Source of the DNA: a virus
Taxonomy: Duplodnaviria > Caudoviricetes
Direction: 5' to 3' (one strand)
DNA: 62,760 nucleotides
Virus record (IMG/VR): IMGVR_UViG_3300044707_000497
Span: 1 to 62,760 of that record
The position numbers and the translations under genes are program-made. The notes beneath the pieces were generated by a model. That model was given only the letters and a program-made list of their open reading frames with translations, was not told where the DNA came from and made no database searches. How positions within the stretch are numbered: the stretch's first letter is position 1; every line of letters starts with the position of its first letter. This document shows, piece after piece, positions 37,724 to 45,292 of the stretch.

Positions 37724-39286
37724 ATGCCAACTGCAACATTAAGAATACGACGCGAAGTTGATGACCACCACATCGGCTACCGCACCAAGGGCACACTGCC
37801 CGAAACCTACGACTTGCGCTGGGACAAAGCATCTCAGACGGGTTGCTGGCGCTACGACCACGCATCCAAGCGCCATGTCATATCAATTAGCCCTGATGCC
37901 TACAATGTCATTGCTGACAAGGGTCTGACCCGATGCCAGACCGAGCTATACAAGAACATCTACGAGCATGAGGCATCGCACTCGCTCTACACCACCAAGC
38001 ATCTCAAAGACCTTGGCGACACGCTCAAGGCCGAGAAGATTCCGTGGCGGTTGATGAACCTCTTCGAGGATGTCCGCATCGAGCGTCTGTGGTGGGTTCA
38101 CCAGCGATCCAAGAAACACTGGCGCTGGACTCGCTGGACCAAACATCCCGCCGACATCATGACGGTGACTCCGACCCAGTTGCTTTTCCGTTTCAAGTGC
38201 GGCGATGTGGGGCGCAGACCCCCTAGGGCGCTGATGTCGTATCGTGCGCTCCCGTTCTTTGACAAGGTCTGGAACTACTTCAACCGTATCGTGTGCCTTG
38301 CCCGTATCAAATGCACCACAAACGAGTTGCTACCTGTCCTCAAAGACTGGCTCAAGGATTTCCCTGAGACTGGTGACGACACCATTGAGGCAGAGGGCGG
38401 CGATGGAACTGGTGATCTGGCCGAGGCTGTCGCCAAGGATGGCGGCAAGGTCGAGGACGTCAAGGGCGGTGCCCCAGCCCCCGCGCCTGCCCCTGTTGAC
38501 GACCCCTCTCACGCCAAGGGTGGCGCTACTGACGAAGGTGTCGCACCGAAGTCTATGATCCGCAACGAGCCCGTTGTTGCGCGTCAGGTTGCGAAGATGC
38601 TCGCCAGTGCGTTCCGCGCCTTCGGCCCGACCAAGGCACCCACATCCAACCCGTCAAAGCGACTCAACCTCAAAGGTCTGTTGCGCGGTGACTGGAGCCT
38701 CCCGTTTGTTGGCAAGACGATTGCCGACAACGGTGCCCCATACATCTCGCTGATCTTTGACGGCAGCGGCTCGATGTCCGGTCAGTTGGCTTACCTCGAC
38801 CGCGAGAGGCGCAACGAGTGCCGCGCCGCCGATGCTGGCCGCGTCTTGGTTCGCGCCCTATCCGACCTCGCATCCAAGGGTCACATCCAAGGCAAGGTTT
38901 ACTTGTCCGGCTGTCTCGGAGTCATGGCCGAGTTCCCACTTCCTGTTAAGGATGTGAAGAACTTCGCTGTCCTCTGGGGCAACGATTGCAGTGAGGGCAT
39001 CGGCATCACGTTGAGCCCAACTGCTACGACGGGGTATAAGTCAGCGTTCCACGAGATCACCTCGAAGTCCAAGCTCGCTATCGTTTACACCGACGGCGAG
39101 ATCACCGACGCGCCGGTCAATCGCGCTGCGCTCAAAGCCAAGGGGCTTTACACCCTAGGGATTTGCTGCGCCTCCCGCGACAAAACTCCGTGTCTCAGGA
39201 AGCACTTCGATTCCTTCATCAGCCGCGACTCGCTCTTCGGTCTTGCCGATGCGCTTGTCCGGTTCCTCCGCAGCCGCAAATTCTAA
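37724..39286 (+). CDS. HExxH metallopeptidase-like plus vWA domain protein (CobT-like partner)
   Basis: HEASH, NLFEDVRIE, MIDAS DGSGS, YTDG. Confidence 0.88.
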   Translation: MPTATLRIRREVDDHHIGYRTKGTLPETYDLRWDKASQTGCWRYDHASKRHVISISPDAYNVIADKGLTRCQTELYKNIYEHEASHSLYTTKHLKDLGDTLKAEKIPWRLMNLFEDVRIERLWWVHQRSKKHWRWTRWTKHPADIMTVTPTQLLFRFKCGDVGRRPPRALMSYRALPFFDKVWNYFNRIVCLARIKCTTNELLPVLKDWLKDFPETGDDTIEAEGGDGTGDLAEAVAKDGGKVEDVKGGAPAPAPAPVDDPSHAKGGATDEGVAPKSMIRNEPVVARQVAKMLASAFRAFGPTKAPTSNPSKRLNLKGLLRGDWSLPFVGKTIADNGAPYISLIFDGSGSMSGQLAYLDRERRNECRAADAGRVLVRALSDLASKGHIQGKVYLSGCLGVMAEFPLPVKDVKNFAVLWGNDCSEGIGITLSPTATTGYKSAFHEITSKSKLAIVYTDGEITDAPVNRAALKAKGLYTLGICCASRDKTPCLRKHFDSFISRDSLFGLADALVRFLRSRKF

Positions 39287-39291
39287 CCAAT

Positions 39292-39346
39292 TACGCATGG
39301 TCCCCTGTCGCCGTGAACAAGTGATTCACGGGGCAGGGGTTGCGTG
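39292..39346 (+). promoter_or_regulatory. Long intergenic hairpin (RNase III-like processing site or terminator)
   Basis: TACGCA..CCCCTGTC.CCGTGAA / TTCACGG.GGCAGGGG.TGCGTG; no U-tail. Confidence 0.55.
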
Positions 39347-39356
39347 AACCTTTAAC

Positions 39357-42180
39357 ATGAAAACTTACCTAGTCACCATTAAATCCCAAGTCATCAAGAC
39401 AATAAAAGTCGAAGCCCCCTCCAGCGAGGAAGCCGAGATCGTAGCCCACGAGTTGTTCCACCATCACCCCGAGAACTCTGAGAAATACAACCAAGAAACA
39501 ATCAGCATCAACACATTATGAAAATAGAAGAAGCAATCGCACAACTAATTCAAGAGAAAAACAACGGAACCAAGAGCATCATCTTGGCCTATTGGAAGGC
39601 CGACCTGTTCGACCGACAGGACGACTATGAATGGGAGTCCGACACCGAGTTAGTAGAGAATGAGATGGATTGGTCGAAAGCGCACGACCAAATGGACGAC
39701 CTGATCGGAAGCCTCAATGAAGAAGACTAAACCTATGAAAAATAAAAAATACGCAGTCATCGTCCACGCCGCAGCAGTCAACGAGTGGACATACGAAGTC
39801 CTCGCCACCTCGCAAAAGGAGGCCGAGAAAATCATCCGCGAAGGGTTGAAAGGCGACCGAGAGTTGCCCGACCCCACCAACTACGAACAGGGCAACGAGG
39901 TCGATGGCGAACTCGTAGTCGCTGACTCCTACGAAATCTAAAAACCTAAACAACAAAATAATATGAAAAATTGGAAAATATCCTTCGGAAAAATTGTCGA
40001 TCAAGACGATAAAGTTATCTGCGGCTTGCCCAAACGGGAAAACAACGATGCCGCCCACCTCATCGCCAGCGCCCCCGAGTTGCTGGATTCGCTGAAGGAC
40101 TTGGAAAATATCCTGTCCTGCAAACCATACGATAGGGACGAGCAAAAACTTTTGGTTATTGCCCGTGCCGCCATCGCCAAAGCGAAAGGAGAAATCAAAT
40201 GAACGCCCAACACACACCTGGCCCTTGGGCTGTCGCAGGCGAATCCTATAACGACCACGAAGCCTATGTTATTGAGGCGGGGGGCCGGACGATCTGTTGG
40301 ACTGCCAGCAGTTTAGACGATGCAGGTATCGAAGTTATCACCGCCGAAGACGATGCTAACGCCGATCTCATTGCTGCTGCTCCCGAGTTGCTTATCGCAC
40401 TAAAACAAATTGCAGATTGGGACCCCAGCGCAGCGCCAAGCGAACCAAAAGGCCTGTCGATTATCGACGCAATCGACATTGCCCGCGCTGCAATCGCCAA
40501 AGCGAAAGGAGAATCCAAATGACAACAATCCAAGGCGGCTTTCCCTATGAGGAAATCCGGCGACCAGATGGAGATTACTTCCAAAGTTGGAAGGAAGCTA
40601 AAGACGCAGGCTTTGACGACGACCAGATATGGTCAGTTACAACATCCGATGGTGACGATGGTTCCGAGTGGATTATTACCGGCCCGCCGCACCACTTCTG
40701 CAACCACATAGGTCATATCGCAACCCTAGAGCGACATGACCACAACACCTATTACGAAGAATGCTGGCTCACCGCAGAAGAAGCCGCAGAAAACGATGAA
40801 GACTAAATTATGAAACCATTAGAAACAATACAAACCGCTCTTGAAGCCTATGTTCAAGAGTGCCCATCCGAAGCAAAGTCCATCGACAAGGCGTGGGGCA
40901 AGGTAACACTTACCCTGCGCTGCGCCCTCGCCGACCTCGAAGGCATCATGCCCGAGTTCGATCCGAGCGGAGACAGAGAACACCCCGCTTGGAAAACCAT
41001 TAAAGACCTTAGAAAGCTAGGTGTTACCCTTCTCGGGAACCTTAAACAACAATGAAGACAATACAACACACACCTACTATGAAATTCAAATTTCACGCCA
41101 CTTACGAAGAATACCTCTCACTCGAAGTCGAAGCCGAGTCCTTAGAAGCTGCCCAAGAAATCGCCGAGAAAAGCGATGGCGGCGATTGGAAACATGAAGA
41201 CAGCAGCGATTGGGTAATAGAACACGACCTTACCGAGAACTTAGATACCCAAGTGCAGCGGGCATGGTTAATAGACTTCAAAGCAGAGTTCATGCGCCGA
41301 ACTGGAATCACTTGGGAAGACGCAGGCAATACAGATCAAGACGCACTTGATCGGTATTTCGAGGTCGGGCGTGAGCGGGTCGCAGAAGAAGCGGTCTCAC
41401 AATACATAGAAAAATACGACCTCAACGACATTACCTTATGACAACAGACATCATTGGAGAATACCGGTTCGACCTAGGGCAAATCTTTGTCACCCCAGGT
41501 GTGGAAGAACTCATCGACAAAGGACTCTTGCTTGACCTCTACATCGACCGCCACTGGCGGGGCGATTGGGGCAATCTTGACGACGAAGACAAACAAACCA
41601 ACGAAGACGCGGTTCTCCACGGAGACCGCATCCTATCATCATATCAGTCACCAGTCGGGAAGTTTTGGATCATCACCGAAGCCGACCGCTCAACCACCAC
41701 AGCAATCACACCAGACGAATACTGACGCTTGACAGCTACCAAAAAACCAATCAAACAAAATCAAATGCGACACATGTATCCACCAAACCCCGAAAAACTC
41801 GCAGCAGCCGCCCCTGAATTGTTGGCTTTGCTCTACGAAGCAAATCTCACAATGAGCCACATGGCGCTTCTAATCCCCAAAGGGGTAGGCGACGAAGATC
41901 ATTACGAAAAGCTTTACAAAGAAATCCAGCAAGCAATCTCGAAAGTTTACGACAAATGAAACCACACGACGACCTTTTAGACATGCTACGCCGCCACGGC
42001 GCAGCTGAATTAGCCGACCGCGTTGATGAGTGTGAACGCGGAACCGTTGGATTAGAAGCCCACGAATGGCGCGACGATCTCGGACAGTCCGTTATTAGCA
42101 GACACAACATCCACGCCGACATGATCGAGGATTTTGAATCCGCCCAGATTGACGGGTTGGATTTTATTATCCGACCATAA
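39357..42180 (+). other. Cluster of ~11 small early CDSs (39357-39521, 39518-39730, 39717-39941, 39963-40202, 40199-40522, 40519-40806, 40810-41055, 41052-41441, 41438-41725, 41765-41959, 41956-42180)
   Basis: Coupled start/stop overlaps. Includes DpnD/PcfM-like paralogs, LIAAAPELL paralogs and an RHWRGDWG...WIITEADRS protein. Confidence 0.7.
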
Positions 42181-42202
42181 CAAAAAATTCTAAAAAAAAA
42201 GT

Positions 42203-42231
42203 TTGAACAAGTAATAACCGTTCACTGTCTA
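42203..42231 (+). promoter_or_regulatory. Candidate ECF-type promoter with TAATAACCGT box
   Basis: A-tract then TTGAAC-aagTAATAACCGTtcact-GTCTA (N18). Confidence 0.55.
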
Positions 42232-42241
42232 AATAACCGCC

Positions 42242-42721
42242 ATGACATCCACATGCCTACCACCAGCAGCCTACTACCATATCAACCGCAACACTGAATC
42301 AGTGAAGCCAAGATTCAAAGAACCAGTTGACCCTGAGATACAAACAGCCCTTGATGGTCTGGGCGTATGGGTCGGAACCTCCCATGAATGGGAGGCGGCA
42401 TACCGCCTTGTGTTCGGGGAGAAATCCTTTGAAGAGGATTACTCCTGCATCGACTGGGTTGACCCGCTTTCTTGGTCGCACGACGCAGGGCAGTTTCGAG
42501 ACGCTTTCATCATGGCTGATGAGTTTGTCTTTAATATCATGCACCGCCTGTTTCCTTTCCAGCAAAAAGAACTTATCCCCGCGCTCACCTATGTTTTGAT
42601 CGCGAGTAGTTGGAGCCGCAGGAGCCCGCTACCCCGCAACATCGAGGAGCAAGACGCCATAACCCTTTTGAACCGTTTCAGCTATGACAACATGGCTGAC
42701 TGGCTCAAACAACAACACTAA
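42242..42721 (+). CDS. Hypothetical protein
   Basis: 159 aa downstream of the promoter motif. Confidence 0.65.
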   Translation: MTSTCLPPAAYYHINRNTESVKPRFKEPVDPEIQTALDGLGVWVGTSHEWEAAYRLVFGEKSFEEDYSCIDWVDPLSWSHDAGQFRDAFIMADEFVFNIMHRLFPFQQKELIPALTYVLIASSWSRRSPLPRNIEEQDAITLLNRFSYDNMADWLKQQH

Positions 42722-42732
42722 ACACAAACACA

Positions 42733-42861
42733 ATGAAAAGACTAATCATACTAGCAATCGCTCTTGTAGCAGCAGCTAACTACGACCCTAAACCCGCAAA
42801 GAAAGACACCCCGAAAAAGGTTGTCACCACCAAACAAGGCCCAACTAAATTCACATTCTAA
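42733..42861 (+). CDS. Small signal-peptide/basic protein (42 aa)
   Basis: MKRLIILAIALVAAANYDPKPAKK... Confidence 0.5.
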   Translation: MKRLIILAIALVAAANYDPKPAKKDTPKKVVTTKQGPTKFTF

Positions 42862-42864
42862 ATT

Positions 42865-43131
42865 ATGGAAAATAACCTAAATGAGTTTACCTCACTTGCA
42901 GAAGAAGCAGAAGCTACGCCTTTTGAAGGTTGGGCGGATATACTCACCGTCGGAAAACTGATCGAACTACTTCACGCGCATGACGTAAATACGCCTGTTG
43001 GTTTTACTAATTGGGAAGACGGGGAATGCCACTTCATTACTGGTTTAGAAATCCGACAAGTTGAACCCGACGGGGGAATACTTACGCGAGACATGGAAGG
43101 TGCCTCTCCTAAAGTTCTTGTATTGTGGTAG
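42865..43131 (+). CDS. Hypothetical protein
   Basis: LTVGKLIELL...PVGF pattern common in phages. Confidence 0.65.
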   Translation: MENNLNEFTSLAEEAEATPFEGWADILTVGKLIELLHAHDVNTPVGFTNWEDGECHFITGLEIRQVEPDGGILTRDMEGASPKVLVLW

Positions 43132-43172
43132 AGTGCCCTTGCCATTACTTAATAACCGTGTAACCATGAAGC

Positions 43173-43436
43173 ATGGCTACATGGAAAGGTAAACAAGTGA
43201 CGCTGAACTCCCCCCGCAAAATAGCGGGGGTGACGCCAGCAGGTAAAAAGAAATCAGTGTTCGTGAAATCCGATAAAGGAAATGTCAAAGTGGTTCACTT
43301 CGGCGACTCCTCTATGTCGGATTTCACGCAGCACCACAACGAGAAGCGCAGAAAGAACTTTCACGCCCGTCACAACTGCGCTGACAAAAAAGACAAAACC
43401 AAAGCTGGTTACTGGGCGTGTAAAAATCTCTGGTGA
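43173..43436 (+). CDS. Basic viral protein (DUF5754-like)
   Basis: KVVHFGD...DFTQH...RRKNFHARH...AGYWA..LW. Confidence 0.7.
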   Translation: MATWKGKQVTLNSPRKIAGVTPAGKKKSVFVKSDKGNVKVVHFGDSSMSDFTQHHNEKRRKNFHARHNCADKKDKTKAGYWACKNLW

Positions 43437-43615
43437 AATACATTAACCAAAAAAACTGCCGTGAATTTACACTCGAAGCTGCTCACACTCACCGCCCTGC
43501 TCATCCTTTTGATCGTGTCAGTCGAGAATTTCTTGAGCAACTTGATCGAGAAGTTCGCAACCTCATTATTCAGAAAGTGAAAGCCCTCCCGAGCGTCGGG
43601 AAAACAATCAAATGA
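43433..43615 (+). CDS. Putative histone-fold protein
   Basis: RVSREFLEQLDREVRNLIIQKVKALPSVGKTIK resembles the L1-alpha2-L2 of prokaryotic histones. Confidence 0.55.
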   Translation: MKYINQKNCREFTLEAAHTHRPAHPFDRVSREFLEQLDREVRNLIIQKVKALPSVGKTIK

Positions 43616-43869
43616 AAAGCTACCTACTTGAAGCAATCGCCAAGCATCTCGGCGAACATGACGCCGCACTCGAATACGACAGTGAAGACCGCAAATACCT
43701 GCGGCAACTCTTCGTGCAGCACGCATTCATCTTGAACGCCATCGAGTCGGAGCCCGAGTGTCAGGCCCTCGTTGAAAAAGTGATGACTTCGTTCATAGAA
43801 GCGCAGCGGGTCGAGTTGAAACCTGCCGATGACGAGAGTCCCAAGATCATAACCCCCGACAGGTTTTAA
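43612..43869 (+). CDS. Hypothetical protein
   Basis: 85 aa, coupled. Confidence 0.65.
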   Translation: MKSYLLEAIAKHLGEHDAALEYDSEDRKYLRQLFVQHAFILNAIESEPECQALVEKVMTSFIEAQRVELKPADDESPKIITPDRF

Positions 43870-43870
43870 T

Positions 43871-44425
43871 ATGGGAATGGCTAAACTCAGCCCCGAGGTC
43901 AAGAAGGCCAGGGCAGAAAGAAAGAAACGCAAAGCCCCGCGAGTGGCCGACTGGGTTGCGATCCGCGCCCTCTATTTGGGCGGTATGAAGTCTGAGGAGA
44001 TCGGGCAGAAGTTCGGCGTGACTGGCAACTTGATTCGCGCCCGTGCCCATGACGAGCGGTGGTTTGAGGTCGCCCTAGAACAGACCCCGAGGATGGTTGT
44101 GGACAAGATTATGAAGCAGGAAGCCGAGGCGACCGGAGCCATGCTTACTGAGATATGGGCCGAGCGGGGGAAATTGATTCGGGAAAAAGAATTTCGCATT
44201 GCCGAGAAGGCCGCGACCCACGCGGAGATGATGGATGACACGACGCTCCTCAACAAGATCGACAAGGTCAAAGTTGCTATCGACATGGGCCGTCGCTCCA
44301 CGGGGCTTGATAAAGTCGAAGCCAACCCGAACGCCGTGAACATCGCCGTGCTTGGCGACATCGGGATGTTTGAGAATGAGGCGAACGCCTTTAAAAAGGT
44401 AAAGCCCGTTCAACCCCCAGAGTAG
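43871..44425 (+). CDS. Probable terminase small subunit
   Basis: DWVAIRALYLGG...IGQKFGVTGNLIRARAHDERW N-terminal HTH followed by a helical body. Confidence 0.6.
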   Translation: MGMAKLSPEVKKARAERKKRKAPRVADWVAIRALYLGGMKSEEIGQKFGVTGNLIRARAHDERWFEVALEQTPRMVVDKIMKQEAEATGAMLTEIWAERGKLIREKEFRIAEKAATHAEMMDDTTLLNKIDKVKVAIDMGRRSTGLDKVEANPNAVNIAVLGDIGMFENEANAFKKVKPVQPPE

Positions 44426-44442
44426 TCAATTTGGTAAACTGG

Positions 44443-44522
44443 TAAGCCGTGAGTGCCACCGAGGACGTTCGGCAATACATCTATGCTACCCCGCCAAGCA
44501 TACCTCAAACCACGGAGGCGGG
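44443..44522 (+). ncRNA. Pseudoknotted structured RNA motif, copy 2
   Basis: TAAGCCGTGAGTG...TATGCT-ac-CCCGCC-a-AGCATA...AACCACGGAGGCGGG. Confidence 0.65.
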
Positions 44523-44567
44523 AATCCCCCCATTTGCTACACCTCAAAAAGGTGATTTGTTTTAACT

Positions 44568-44981
44568 ATGAAACTACCCACTCTACTCTTCGTTCTCTCA
44601 GCATCCGCTCTCCTCGCTTGGGAGGATGACTGCCTCCTCGACCCCGTCGTGACGAAGGTTGGCGACAACACTTTCTTTTCCACTGGCGGCTCGGCGCTCA
44701 ATGTCGGGCGCAACACTTTCTTCTCCGATGGCGAGTCCGCTACGACCGTAGGGAAAAATACTTTTTTCTCAGACGGCGTGACTGCGACCAAGATCGGGAA
44801 GAACACCTTCTTCTCTGACGGCGATGTTGCGACGACCATCGGCAAAAATACTTTTTTCTCAGACGGGGCGGTTGCAACAAAGATTGGCAAGAACACCTTT
44901 GTTGACGGCGGGGACTGCGCTGAACAGGAACTTGTCATCAAAGCCATCGCGATCCCTGACCTTCTCGGGGAAGACGAATAG
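44568..44981 (+). CDS. Secreted protein with six 15-aa beta repeats
   Basis: Signal peptide MKLPTLLFVLSASALLA; repeats xATxIGKNTFFSDGx; two flanking Cys. Confidence 0.8.
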   Translation: MKLPTLLFVLSASALLAWEDDCLLDPVVTKVGDNTFFSTGGSALNVGRNTFFSDGESATTVGKNTFFSDGVTATKIGKNTFFSDGDVATTIGKNTFFSDGAVATKIGKNTFVDGGDCAEQELVIKAIAIPDLLGEDE

Positions 44982-44985
44982 AACA

Positions 44986-45040
44986 TACGACTTTGCAGAG
45001 TTGCCTTACGACTTTGCAGAGTTGCCTTACGACTTACGAC
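44986..45040. repeat. 21-bp tandem repeat (2 copies plus TACGAC remnants) at the convergence of the two arms
   Basis: TACGACTTTGCAGAGTTGCCT x2, then TACGACT, TACGAC. Confidence 0.9.
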
Positions 45041-45064
45041 GCAGCATGCGACATATCGCTTTGC

Positions 45065-45292
45065 TTAGACTTCTTCCCAGCCATCGAACTCCTCTGGAGC
45101 CTTCAGGATAATCTGTTCCTGAATGTCCTCTTCGACTCGGTCTTCGCGTCCGAGGTAGTTGACCTCTCGGTGAAGTTTGACCTTCGCGGCGAGGTCTTGA
45201 AGCGATGAACCCCTGAAGCGAAAACCCGTGGAGGGTTCTTCAAAGTTCCATCCTCCAGGGGGCCATTGATTCGGATTCTTGAGGCGTCTCAT
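45065..45292 (-). CDS. Hypothetical protein
   Basis: PPGGWNF motif; ATGA overlap with the giant gene. Confidence 0.65.
   Translation of the reverse strand: MRRLKNPNQWPPGGWNFEEPSTGFRFRGSSLQDLAAKVKLHREVNYLGREDRVEEDIQEQIILKAPEEFDGWEEV

Noticed and set aside
44986-45040. Possible mini-CRISPR
   Set aside because: Repeats are directly adjacent with no spacers, and there is no cas operon (the Cas4-like domain belongs to the replication module).
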